Under the pieces are notes generated by a model. It did no database searches. It had not been told where the DNA came from and saw nothing but the letters and a program-made list of their open reading frames with translations. This document shows positions 44,427 to 54,784 of a stretch of 57,247 bases of DNA, in pieces. Positions within the stretch are counted from its first letter, which is position 1; the number at the start of each line of letters is the position of its first letter. The stretch comes from a virus (lineage: Duplodnaviria > Caudoviricetes). Location: IMG/VR virus record IMGVR_UViG_3300030107_006392, positions 1-57,247 of that record. The stretch is one strand, 5' to 3'. The position numbers and the translations under genes were made by a program.

Positions 44427-47400
44427 TTATTGAAATGCCTCTTGACGCAGTTCAGGAATAGCTTCTACTGCCAGCAACTCTTCGGCTGTTATCTCTTTAA
44501 TTAAATCTCTCTTTGCTTCAGCGCTGAGATTTGATCGCAGTATATCTAAACGCTCTTTCCTAAGCTCCGAAAGAACTCCAGCAATAGCTTCTACTTCTAT
44601 CTCCAAATCTAAAAGTTCAAGGCGCTTTTCTTCAAACTTTTCTGCCTCACTTACAGTTAGCTCCCCCTGTTCCAAATCTTTTAAGGTATTCACCGCCTGC
44701 CCTACGGCCTCTCTAAGATCATAGAACTGTGTTACTAATCCACGAGCATCTGGTCTCGCAAAGAATCTTTTAATAAACGGATACTCACTGAGTTGCTTGC
44801 TAGGACGTTCTCCCAGTTCTTCAGAAGTCTGCCTCATCACCTGATCTATTGTATCAAACAACACTGTCCCTAAAGTCCCGCTATATCCCTTTATCATATG
44901 GTCTATCTTTACAGGAGAAGCATTGAGTGCCTGCCCAAGTTCTATCGCCAGCGCAGATGTACGACTGTTTGCCCTGTATCCTGGCTCTAACCGTTCCAAA
45001 TAAGACCCTTCAATTTCACGGCCTGTCCAAAAACTAAAGTTTGTAATAGCCTCACCGATAGGAAGCACTGCTTGTGGGATAGGATTAAACTCAAAAGTAT
45101 TTGCTAAACCTCTCGTCAAAGCAGTTACAGTATCTCTAGGCACATCTTTTCCAAACATAAGTGCCATTGTTCTTTCAGGTAAAGTCTTAAATAAAAACCC
45201 TACTTCAAACGGGATCGGTATTCTGAGGGGCGGTCCCTCATAACCAGGTATGAACTTGGATGGGATGATCCAATAGTTGTCTTTTATTTCTGGGTTCTGG
45301 TTGATATATTCTTCGTCATCATGAACTAGCGCCCAGTATGCTGCGCTGCTCATCCCCACTAACAATGCCCGTGTAATAAAGCGTCTTTTAACAATATCAG
45401 ATTCTACTCGTGGGGTGAAACCTTTAGCTCCCATTGAGGCTCGATAAAGAACATCAAGCCCCTGTAAACGTGCATTTAAAAACGGAACCATCACTGCTAA
45501 ATTCTGAATAACTGCGGATGATCCCCGTGCTGAAAAGTTAATAACTTCCTGAGCTTCGTAAATTGCCTGCACCTCATCGCCAGTTTCTTGCAATACCTTT
45601 TCATATACAGCAATTCGTGTGGCTGCATCCGATGCCCGTGATGCGGTGCCTGATGCATCCCATATAGCTTTAAGGGGATTGCGTATTATCCTTCCCATTT
45701 TGGATGGATACTTATATTTCAACAATTCTTTTTCAATAAAGTCTGTCATCTTGGAAGGATCACCACCAAAATCAAAGCCTGTCATTAATCCTGCGGAAGC
45801 TATTGCATCAGCCGATGTACTGCCTTTAAGCGCCTTTACAAAACCACTGGTTGTTCCAGCTAATGCCCCTGTATTACGACCACTCGTTGCCCAAGCAGAA
45901 AGAGAATCACGCAACATATTGGCTACCATGAAGTCAGGTGAACGAGTAACCATTTCTCTTAAAAACCTAGCAGGCATTCCTAAAAAATTAACAAAAGGAT
46001 TTATCTGTTGATTAGAGTTATAGTTTGCTAATGCAGAATACATAGCCTGATCACTGATATGCAGTGTCATTTCCTTGCCTTTAACTCTAAACGTAATAGA
46101 ATTAGTAGAACCCTTCTTAACTTTAACAGTTTGCGTGGGGTCTAGAATAGCCATGTTCCGCATAGCACGTTGCACACCTACGTTAAGCATTCCAGTCTGA
46201 ACAGCGCTTAATGCATTCTCAGTTACAGTATCAAGGAACCCCCCAATAGGCATCCCTTTCCTAGAAACTCTGGTACTTACCCCAGTTTCATCTGTATATT
46301 TTTTAGCATAAGCTTCCGCTATAGTTTTTTCTTTCGCATCAAATGTAGTAGGGAGCATGGTCTCATTGCCATCAGCATCCGTAGCAATAACCGCATAAAC
46401 CGTTCCCGTTCCTTTTAGTACAGGAGGAACATGGGTAGTAATGCCAGCGAACATATTGCCTTCACCAGAAATTTCCCCTAGATTTTCTTCCTTCTGATAT
46501 TTGCTGTCTAGCTGTCTATAGAATGGAATATAATCCCCTGTTTCCTTCCATTTCTCTGCTTGGGTTGCATCAAGCACCCCAGTATCTACAAGGAAATCTA
46601 CAAAATAACTATTCCATACCTGATAGTCTTGAAAGATATCAGAGAAATCTTTATTAAACTTAATATTTTTGTCCCCTATAAGCGTGTTAACCTGAGCAAC
46701 ATCAACGCCCATGATTTGAGCTATCTCAGATACGCTGTTTCCCAATGCTAAATACTGTGCAATCTGCTCCTGAGTAAGAAGTTTCTCTCTTCCTTCTTGT
46801 ATTAATCGTGCAGCCCTTCGGGCAATAGAATAAAAATGAAATGCTTTAAAACGATTGCCGTTTCGCAAAGGTTCAATAATTGGAATAAGTCCTGTATCAG
46901 TTCCAGCGATACGACTACGCTCTCTTGTGCCATCAAAATTAATCTGCTCTGCATCTTCAGGAATTGCTTCTACTTTTGTACCGCCACCTCGATAAACAGG
47001 AACCCCTTTTGATAGGGCATACGCCGTAATAGCTGTGCCTCTACGAGCCATGCGTAACGCAGCATGAGCAGAACCACTCGCACTCAAGGCACCAGCATAT
47101 CTTGCATCCTTCTCGGATATTGCTACATCCCCCCGTCTGGCAGGGTCCCAATTATCAATAACATTCTGACGAAACCATTTTCCAAACTCACCAAAACTAT
47201 CCAGCTTTGTCCCGCCTAACATGCCCAAGCTTCCCAGAAACTTTTGGCCTAATGTTTCATGGCGATTTTCTTCCACAGTCCCTGAAGGAAACTCCACCCC
47301 CATCTCCATCGGAGCGCTCTTAATAGAATAATTTTGAGATATAGGACGTGCCTGTTTTGATGGAAGGGTTAACGTATTAGGTCCAACTTTTTTGGGCATG

Positions 47401-50400
47401 TTAATTTCAATGGCTGTTCTTTTTGCCAAAGGGGATACTCCATTCAGATTATAAGTACCGTTTCTGGCAAGACGTGAAGCAGTGTCTACATACTCTCTTT
47501 CAAAATTAGCAGGACGTGATCTTCTTTCAGAGTATGTAGGTCCTTCAGGAAAAATAGTTGCCAGTGCAAAATAAGGTCTTCTCTGTCCTTCTAAAATTCC
47601 TTCGGGCAAGAACTGAAACCCTGCTTTAATTATCTTTTCAGACTCAGGATCTTTCCATGAAATCTCGTAAGCTCCGTACTCTCCTCTTTCATTAGCTTCT
47701 GTACGAAATTCCCCCTTACGAACAGGGTCTGCATACGCATCCATCATTGAACCTAAAGCTTGCCCTACATTTTCATAAGGAGTGTACGCTAAGAAGTCAG
47801 GTTCATGTTCTTGAGCATGTTCATACCCTACTGTTCTCCTGTCTCCTCTAGGCATAATGACAGGTATAGACTGGCCTTTATATTGTTTAGGAACGCCAGT
47901 TGATGTAATTCTTCCCCATACACGGGACACCTCTCCATCAGGAAGTCTGCGCCCAACTAATGCTTGTTGTCGTGGGGATAAGTTTCTAAAGTTTCGAGCC
48001 TGTTTGTCTGGTGTTAAATCTTCAACAACTTGTTTATCAAGACGAGATATTTTTCCATCAAGTATTTTAACTCTTCTTGTAGCAGTAGGTTCATATTCAG
48101 TACCTAAGATATCCCAAAACTTTTTTGCTTTCTTTTGAATGTCATATATACGCAAGTCATTATCTGCATTAGCAAATAAATTTTCTACTATTTTTCGACC
48201 TGCCCCTTGTCCACGTTTATTTTTTGCTACTTCTATATTAACCAGTCCTTCAATTTCGTCAGTAGCATTTCCTGTTTCTTCGTCAACAACTAAATTAATT
48301 TCTACTCTTCCAAGCCTAGCTTCTTTTAAAGTTTCTTTAGATGGGCGACCTCCATCAGGAGGAAGGTTATTTTCTATAAACTTTTTATCATAAACCTCAA
48401 ACCCTAATCTAGCCACACCAGGTGCAGAACTACCTGCTCTTATGCCAGCAGTGAAGATTAAATTTTCATTTTCTAGTTGATCAAAAAAACCTGACTTTAA
48501 TTCTAAACGTGGGGCGATAGGAGATTGATTGATAGGTCTAGCTTGTTTATCTCCAGCATCAACTTCTGTGGGCTGTTGAGTTTCAAGAACTTCATCAACA
48601 GGATTGAACTGTTGGTCTACTTCTGGTTCAGTTCTATATCGACTGTTGTATCTATCGTTTCTTGTCCATCCATATCGTTCAGCAATTTCTTGCTCTGCTG
48701 CTTCAATCCTGTCTGCATATTTGGTGACGATAGAACGAACCCTGTCTTGAAGATCGGGTCGTCCTCCAAAGGTTCCTTCAAGGTAAATTTCGCCATTAGG
48801 ATTTTCCTTCCAACCTCCAAAGTTGCCTACATAAACATTTTGGGATGCTGCTTTATTAACAACCATCCCTTCAGGGTTAGGTATATCAGATATCTCGAAA
48901 CTGTTCAATGCATTAATAACTTTGTTCTGAAACTGGCGATTGTCTGTTTTTTCTATGCCATCCTTAGTTTGATAGGTATCACCCATCTCCATAAAGTTAA
49001 TAATATTTGCTCCATTTTCTGTAGATACAGGAGAAAAATCTGTACTATCAAATTCTTGTTGCAATATAGAATCTAAATTAGTTATCTCTTCATTAGTAAA
49101 AGGTCTTCCTATATTTACAGCTACCGCATTCTTGTCTCTTAATGGAACACTTTTGTTAAAAAATAAACGATGTGCTCCAACACCATCTTGTTTTAATAAA
49201 ATACCCCTAGCTGTCATGTACATCTTAACTAAATCAAGAGTAGCCTCATCAACTTCACCAGGCTGTCCCTTATACTTCATAGGCATCAATGCATACGTTT
49301 GAGTTCCTGGACTTACTACTCCTTCATAAACACCTGGTGCATCAAAACTTCTTGGTGAAAGCAACCCAACTTCTTGCGCCAACAAATCTCTACCATTATC
49401 ATCAGTAAGAGCCTTGGACATGGTGAAGTGATAGTCTGCCTGTTCATTCATAGGAGCATTAAATATTTCAGGAAAGTGACCACTTTCTTGAGAAGGTTTA
49501 GTCTCCCAAGATATTTGACCAAGGTTTTTTTCTAGTGCATCTTGGTAGTCAAAAGTCATTTCTGACACAGGCTTGCCATCTCTACTAGCTTTTTGAACTA
49601 CCCACATAGCCGCTTGAACTTGGTAAGGAGTCCATCCTAATTGATCTGCTATACGAGTAACTTCATTTTCAACAAAGTCATATTGTGCAGGGGTAGGAGT
49701 TCCCCCCTCAGATGGAAAACCAAAAACCCTCATCATGTGCATATCAACAGTAACACCCTGTGATCGTGACGGATCAATACTTGCCATGATATTATTATAA
49801 AAGGTATTAGTTTTACGTCCAGGCCAGTCAATTCCATCAAATAATTTTTCTAACCTTGGAACCATAGCTGAAGGAAACTTGCCAGTTAGTATAGGTCTGC
49901 CAGCTTTCCATTGATTATAAGCTTGAATAGCAAATTGAAAGTTTGCTAACACTGGAGTAGAGCCAGCACTAGTAATAGCAATGGCTTGGGCTATTTTATC
50001 TGCCTCTTCTTTATTTCCATCTACTAAATCTAATATTGAATTGCCTGATCGTTCATACCAAAACCTGCCAGGCTCCCCTTCTTCAGCAATTTTCAACATA
50101 TTTTTACGCAATGTTCTTAACTTCTGAGGGCTATCTATTCCTTTAGGAGCACCAACATATTGACCTGTTGTTCCAATTCTTCTGGCTTGTTTATCGCCTT
50201 CACTTGATTGGAAGAAAGGTCTGTAGAACTTGACACTGGACTCACCGCCTCTAAGCCGTGGAGGAACAGCACTCAACCCATCACTTCTACCTACACTATC
50301 CACAAAGTTATTAAGATTATCAATGTCTGTAGAGTCTATAGAAAGTCTATCATTAGCAATTTTTAAAGATGGAACTTGTTCTAAGAGTTCTTCACGATTA

Positions 50401-52403
50401 GCTCTGTTCTCCATTAAGCTATCAAAAAATTCTACTTCTTTCTTAGTTAAAGCAACACTTCCAGCTTCTTCAAATGTTCGTGCTTGTCTATCAGGGGCAG
50501 CTTCTACTACTACATCTTCATCTACCAACAAATCTTCGGGTTTAAAATCTTCTAACGCTACTTCAGGAGTAATTCGCCCCGTAAAATCAGGGGCAAACTC
50601 CACCCTTTCAAATATTTGCTTGGCTTTAAAAATGTCAGCCTCTGCCAAGCCTCCCTTGACAGACCTGAAGAAATTAAGAATACGTTGCCATATTGACAGG
50701 GGTCGCCCCTTGAGAGGTGCCTGACCACTCACATGTCCCCTGAACATTTCAGCCGCCGCTTCTTCTATCTGTGCAGTCTCATCAAGATCTCTATAAGTTT
50801 TTCTTATAACCTCCATTACGGTCTTATCAGGATCAGACCAATGCTTGGCAGTTGATGCCGCCTTAGCAAGGAAGTTCATGTCCTTGTCGTTAAGAACTCC
50901 AAGGTCTACCCATGAATGGACAGTCTCGTGATCGGTAAGACCAGCAAGATATTGCGCCATAAGCTTAGGTTTTTTAAGAGTTTCTTCGGGAAGGGCATCG
51001 AGACTAAGCATGATAGCCGCTTTAGCCGATTGATTCTGGGGAGTGAACTGTGCTTCTGATGGAGCAACCTGCACTTCGCCTGCAATTTCAGGGCGGTTAA
51101 GGCTTTCGGTTATGATTAAAGCAACCTTTTTTGAAATGCCACGAACCTGTAACCTCTTGGTTAGATTGGCTCTCATTTTTTCTAAAACTTCAGGGGGGTA
51201 TGTTTGCTTAGGCGAGACATTGGGTGTTGCATTTTTAATTTTCTGCAAGGTGGATGTACTATCTTCTACATCCAAATCCCCAATCTCACCTTGTTCACTC
51301 ACATATAAAGTGTCAGGAGTACTGACTATTTCTTCAGACGCTATCAATTGTTGAGGAGGCTGAGGTGTTACCTCTTCTACTTCAGGTAATTCATCGGGTA
51401 AACCTTCGGTAACATCGGGGAGTATCTGCGATGTGGGTTGGTCAGTAGGTCGAGCCAATGGAGAAGTAACAGTACCAACAGTACCACCAGTAAGACCACC
51501 AACAATACCAGCATTAACAACATTACGAAGACGTTGGTTAAGCTCAATGTCATTTCCTGCCACACCCGCAAGCTCAGTTCCTTCACCTGTTAACTCCTGT
51601 ATAATTTGTTGAGCTAATTCTGTAGCACCTTCTGTTGTAAATCCTCTCGTACCTAACTGTAAAAATCTTTTAGTAATGGATCGGGAAATTTCCTGTTTAG
51701 TTTTGTTACGGAATGGAGCGGATAAAGCACTCAATCCCACCATGTCCAAAGCAGCCATAATAATGCCAGGACCTACTGCAACCTTGGAAGCTAAATCAGC
51801 TTCCACCTTTTCCTGCTCTAGCAAATAATCATAAGTATCACCGTAATTAAGAGCAAAAGAACCTAACCCAGCACCTGCTCTTGCTCCTACAGCCATACCT
51901 CCTGGCCCCAAAGGTGCGCCTACAATAGCACCAGGAATTGCAGTAGCTACAGGTACAGCAAGAGAAGCAAGACCTTGACCTAATCCAGAACCAAAAGCAT
52001 CACCAATACGATCAAGATCACCAGACATTATAGCTTCCAAAGCATCTGGCTCACGAGGAACAAATTCATCAGGAGAGTCTTTGTATTCCTGTGCTGTTTC
52101 AGCACCCCAATCCCTCATAGAATCACTGCCAAACGCACGACCAAGACCTTCAATAGCCCTTGCGCCTAGTTTGGGATTGCCTTCGGTAAGGGTAGATAGA
52201 AAGCTGCCTTTTAGCTGAGAGAAAAACCCTTCTTCAGAAGGTTGCTCTGGCGGTGCATCTATAACTTGGTCACTGGAAGTCTGACCCGCAAGTAATTGCT
52301 GATGGATGTTATTAACTGTTTGTTGTTGCTCATCAGGAGAAAGCTGTAGAAAAGAATCATCAACATTAATTCCTGAAAATTCCCCTATCTGTAATATAGG
52401 CAT
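44427..52403 (-). CDS. Large polyvalent ejection protein (zincin, HhH-glycosylase-like, GNAT, BECR-like, LPD38-like C-terminus)
   Basis: HETVH...EEAAAE; VTVDMH..R/QAAMW; KRGQGAG; GYEH...H/TIFP; NFS.RG, PFLNARLQG, NYW, RIP.PFE.G. Confidence 0.85.
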   Translation of the reverse strand: MPILQIGEFSGINVDDSFLQLSPDEQQQTVNNIHQQLLAGQTSSDQVIDAPPEQPSEEGFFSQLKGSFLSTLTEGNPKLGARAIEGLGRAFGSDSMRDWGAETAQEYKDSPDEFVPREPDALEAIMSGDLDRIGDAFGSGLGQGLASLAVPVATAIPGAIVGAPLGPGGMAVGARAGAGLGSFALNYGDTYDYLLEQEKVEADLASKVAVGPGIIMAALDMVGLSALSAPFRNKTKQEISRSITKRFLQLGTRGFTTEGATELAQQIIQELTGEGTELAGVAGNDIELNQRLRNVVNAGIVGGLTGGTVGTVTSPLARPTDQPTSQILPDVTEGLPDELPEVEEVTPQPPQQLIASEEIVSTPDTLYVSEQGEIGDLDVEDSTSTLQKIKNATPNVSPKQTYPPEVLEKMRANLTKRLQVRGISKKVALIITESLNRPEIAGEVQVAPSEAQFTPQNQSAKAAIMLSLDALPEETLKKPKLMAQYLAGLTDHETVHSWVDLGVLNDKDMNFLAKAASTAKHWSDPDKTVMEVIRKTYRDLDETAQIEEAAAEMFRGHVSGQAPLKGRPLSIWQRILNFFRSVKGGLAEADIFKAKQIFERVEFAPDFTGRITPEVALEDFKPEDLLVDEDVVVEAAPDRQARTFEEAGSVALTKKEVEFFDSLMENRANREELLEQVPSLKIANDRLSIDSTDIDNLNNFVDSVGRSDGLSAVPPRLRGGESSVKFYRPFFQSSEGDKQARRIGTTGQYVGAPKGIDSPQKLRTLRKNMLKIAEEGEPGRFWYERSGNSILDLVDGNKEEADKIAQAIAITSAGSTPVLANFQFAIQAYNQWKAGRPILTGKFPSAMVPRLEKLFDGIDWPGRKTNTFYNNIMASIDPSRSQGVTVDMHMMRVFGFPSEGGTPTPAQYDFVENEVTRIADQLGWTPYQVQAAMWVVQKASRDGKPVSEMTFDYQDALEKNLGQISWETKPSQESGHFPEIFNAPMNEQADYHFTMSKALTDDNGRDLLAQEVGLLSPRSFDAPGVYEGVVSPGTQTYALMPMKYKGQPGEVDEATLDLVKMYMTARGILLKQDGVGAHRLFFNKSVPLRDKNAVAVNIGRPFTNEEITNLDSILQQEFDSTDFSPVSTENGANIINFMEMGDTYQTKDGIEKTDNRQFQNKVINALNSFEISDIPNPEGMVVNKAASQNVYVGNFGGWKENPNGEIYLEGTFGGRPDLQDRVRSIVTKYADRIEAAEQEIAERYGWTRNDRYNSRYRTEPEVDQQFNPVDEVLETQQPTEVDAGDKQARPINQSPIAPRLELKSGFFDQLENENLIFTAGIRAGSSAPGVARLGFEVYDKKFIENNLPPDGGRPSKETLKEARLGRVEINLVVDEETGNATDEIEGLVNIEVAKNKRGQGAGRKIVENLFANADNDLRIYDIQKKAKKFWDILGTEYEPTATRRVKILDGKISRLDKQVVEDLTPDKQARNFRNLSPRQQALVGRRLPDGEVSRVWGRITSTGVPKQYKGQSIPVIMPRGDRRTVGYEHAQEHEPDFLAYTPYENVGQALGSMMDAYADPVRKGEFRTEANERGEYGAYEISWKDPESEKIIKAGFQFLPEGILEGQRRPYFALATIFPEGPTYSERRSRPANFEREYVDTASRLARNGTYNLNGVSPLAKRTAIEINMPKKVGPNTLTLPSKQARPISQNYSIKSAPMEMGVEFPSGTVEENRHETLGQKFLGSLGMLGGTKLDSFGEFGKWFRQNVIDNWDPARRGDVAISEKDARYAGALSASGSAHAALRMARRGTAITAYALSKGVPVYRGGGTKVEAIPEDAEQINFDGTRERSRIAGTDTGLIPIIEPLRNGNRFKAFHFYSIARRAARLIQEGREKLLTQEQIAQYLALGNSVSEIAQIMGVDVAQVNTLIGDKNIKFNKDFSDIFQDYQVWNSYFVDFLVDTGVLDATQAEKWKETGDYIPFYRQLDSKYQKEENLGEISGEGNMFAGITTHVPPVLKGTGTVYAVIATDADGNETMLPTTFDAKEKTIAEAYAKKYTDETGVSTRVSRKGMPIGGFLDTVTENALSAVQTGMLNVGVQRAMRNMAILDPTQTVKVKKGSTNSITFRVKGKEMTLHISDQAMYSALANYNSNQQINPFVNFLGMPARFLREMVTRSPDFMVANMLRDSLSAWATSGRNTGALAGTTSGFVKALKGSTSADAIASAGLMTGFDFGGDPSKMTDFIEKELLKYKYPSKMGRIIRNPLKAIWDASGTASRASDAATRIAVYEKVLQETGDEVQAIYEAQEVINFSARGSSAVIQNLAVMVPFLNARLQGLDVLYRASMGAKGFTPRVESDIVKRRFITRALLVGMSSAAYWALVHDDEEYINQNPEIKDNYWIIPSKFIPGYEGPPLRIPIPFEVGFLFKTLPERTMALMFGKDVPRDTVTALTRGLANTFEFNPIPQAVLPIGEAITNFSFWTGREIEGSYLERLEPGYRANSRTSALAIELGQALNASPVKIDHMIKGYSGTLGTVLFDTIDQVMRQTSEELGERPSKQLSEYPFIKRFFARPDARGLVTQFYDLREAVGQAVNTLKDLEQGELTVSEAEKFEEKRLELLDLEIEVEAIAGVLSELRKERLDILRSNLSAEAKRDLIKEITAEELLAVEAIPELRQEAFQ

Positions 52404-52416
52404 TATTTAATCGTGC

Positions 52417-54780
52417 TCATTTTTTAGTCACGCTCCACGATACAGGAGACACAATTGGCAAATTTCTACCGCCCATATAATTTTCCCGCAATATTTGTGA
52501 CGCTGCTATACGAGCATTCTGTGGATTCATTTTCCCGTAATCAAGATATGTTCCTTCTATTAACTTACGTCTAATTTCACGTTCCTGTTTTTTACCATCT
52601 CCTTTCATATAATTTTGATAAGCACTTTCTAAGCGCGATTTCTTTAATGTCTCGTCAGGCACAGTGGGAGGGGAATAAGTTGCTCTTATAGATTGTCTTA
52701 CACCAGGCTTAACACGTCCTGGCTTACCATCTTCCATAAAGAAATATTTTTCTGGATTTCTAGAGTTTCTATAATCTTCTAATATTCTATTTTCATACGC
52801 TTGATATTCACCTCCTCTTGCTAATTTTTCAGCAGCTATATCCGTAGCTCTTTTCTGATTAGCGAGAGTGGCAAGAGCTATTTGACGTTTAGCTAACGCG
52901 GCTTTGTCATCCGTAAATTGCTTAACTCCTGCCTGAGCACCAGGAATAGAACTCAGGAATGTTGCGCCAGGCTGACTGGCCTGTTGCATAATGCCAAGCC
53001 CTGCCGTTAACAAGCCCATAGCTTTAGCATCATCCTGTGACTTCGTTATATCCGCAAGCAACTGTGCATATTGACCATCGCCAGCACCAGTCGGTGAACC
53101 ATCAACAGGCTGTAAATAAGAAACTTTTTTATCAGCTTTATTATCTACATTACTTATCATTTCCTCGCCATATTTTCCCCCTTTAAAATTTTCATAAGCC
53201 TTTTGTTCTTTAAGCATATTAGTTCGGATTGGGTCTTCCAAAAATTCAGCAGTGGATCGATCGCCTAAAAAAGCATATGATTGATCGGGTGCAAGATTAG
53301 CCAAAGCGGAAAGCCCTTCCCTACCTTGCCCCGTATAAGCATCTGGAATACCCCCAAACGCTTGTTTTGTTGTTACTGATGGATGGGCTTTTTGTGCTTC
53401 ATACTTTTGTTGAGGAGTTTGCGCTGTAGCATGAACAGGTGCATTTTTTGCTTTTATCTCATTTATTATAGATTGAACAAACTGATTACCTGCGCTAGGG
53501 GTACTGATATTTTCTTGTCTAATATCCCTCGCTCTTCTTTCCTGATTTATCCTTGCTATATTCGCTTGAGCCTTAGCCAAAGCATCCGCTTTCCGTTGCT
53601 CTTTTGTATCTAAAGTAGGAGGAACAAGAAGCTCATAGTTATCAATAACTCCATCAGTTTTTCCTAAAAGTTCAGAAGGTTGGGGTGTAGTTCTTCCTAA
53701 CCGTTGCAACGCTGCTAAATTTAAATCTGGCAACTTACCCCTTGGAACAAATCCCGTTTCACTACCTGCATCATTACCAGAAGGAACTAAGCTCATAACA
53801 TACGATTTAACAAAATCCGAAGCATCACCCAAAAGATTACCTAATCCTGCCTTTTTATTTACATCTGCTACTGCTCGTGCTATTTGCTGGTTATCGTCTA
53901 CGGACGCTACTTGTCCAGCAGTCGAACCATAATAAGGAGAAAAATCCTCTGCAGCATTATTTATACTATACCGATCATAAAACACATGCTTCCCTATTCT
54001 TTTCCCAGCACTTTTATCTTGATCCATAATAGGAAATGGTGTTGCTAAATCAGGATTTTGAAACAAAACAGCATTACCCACTGGGTTTTCATTACCAAAG
54101 TCCATAAGCAATTCTTCTATTACATCTTCAGTCTCATCCGTTGCTTCCCCTAACTTAGAAAGATCGCCCTTTAAATCATTCAAAGGGGAAAACTGATATC
54201 CTTTTGCTGATGGTTGTTTCAGAACGCCTTCAAGAGTGTTAGGAAATTTTTTAGAAAGAATGCGATTAACAATAACAGACGCTACGGCTTTCTTTCCTTC
54301 TGCTGATTCACCCCCTGCTTCTGCTTCAACCATTTGTGCTAATAACTTCCTGTCAATATCACCCAGCATATTGATAAACTTATCAACGCTTTCCATGCCG
54401 CCCCCTGTCTGCATATAAACAGGACCGCCCGCTTCCATTCCCATAGAGGGCGGTGGAGCAGGAGGCATCGGCATTTGAGAAGGAGCCGAAGGAGGTATTT
54501 GCCCGGCGGACGGAGGCATTTGCATCCCATTTGATAGGGCTTGCATCATAGGAGGTGGCGCCATCATATCTTCAGGGGGCGCTATCATATCTTCTAATAC
54601 AGTTTTTTTATCTTGCTCTTTTAATTGACCAGTGTATTCATCTCTAACTTTTTTACGTCTTTCAATTTCAGTCATAACAAGATAGGTAGGAGCATTACCC
54701 GTAGGTTGTTGAACCTCCTGCATTAACTTATCATCAGGAATACCTTTTAAAATTTCCTGCATCTGTAAAATATTTGGCAT
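52417..54780 (-). CDS. Ejection protein with a SleB-type (Hydrolase_2) cell-wall hydrolase domain
   Basis: Start MPNIL at 54780; LAQMVEAEAGGES.EG..AVASVIVNR....FPNT...V..Q...QFS; IGKHVFY. Confidence 0.8.
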   Translation of the reverse strand: MPNILQMQEILKGIPDDKLMQEVQQPTGNAPTYLVMTEIERRKKVRDEYTGQLKEQDKKTVLEDMIAPPEDMMAPPPMMQALSNGMQMPPSAGQIPPSAPSQMPMPPAPPPSMGMEAGGPVYMQTGGGMESVDKFINMLGDIDRKLLAQMVEAEAGGESAEGKKAVASVIVNRILSKKFPNTLEGVLKQPSAKGYQFSPLNDLKGDLSKLGEATDETEDVIEELLMDFGNENPVGNAVLFQNPDLATPFPIMDQDKSAGKRIGKHVFYDRYSINNAAEDFSPYYGSTAGQVASVDDNQQIARAVADVNKKAGLGNLLGDASDFVKSYVMSLVPSGNDAGSETGFVPRGKLPDLNLAALQRLGRTTPQPSELLGKTDGVIDNYELLVPPTLDTKEQRKADALAKAQANIARINQERRARDIRQENISTPSAGNQFVQSIINEIKAKNAPVHATAQTPQQKYEAQKAHPSVTTKQAFGGIPDAYTGQGREGLSALANLAPDQSYAFLGDRSTAEFLEDPIRTNMLKEQKAYENFKGGKYGEEMISNVDNKADKKVSYLQPVDGSPTGAGDGQYAQLLADITKSQDDAKAMGLLTAGLGIMQQASQPGATFLSSIPGAQAGVKQFTDDKAALAKRQIALATLANQKRATDIAAEKLARGGEYQAYENRILEDYRNSRNPEKYFFMEDGKPGRVKPGVRQSIRATYSPPTVPDETLKKSRLESAYQNYMKGDGKKQEREIRRKLIEGTYLDYGKMNPQNARIAASQILRENYMGGRNLPIVSPVSWSVTKK

Positions 54781-54784
54781 CGCA

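Noticed and set aside
45619-51354. Plus-strand ORFs of 60-183 aa opposite the giant gene (and similar ones opposite other late genes)
   Set aside because: Antisense shadows of strongly supported minus-strand genes, with no motifs
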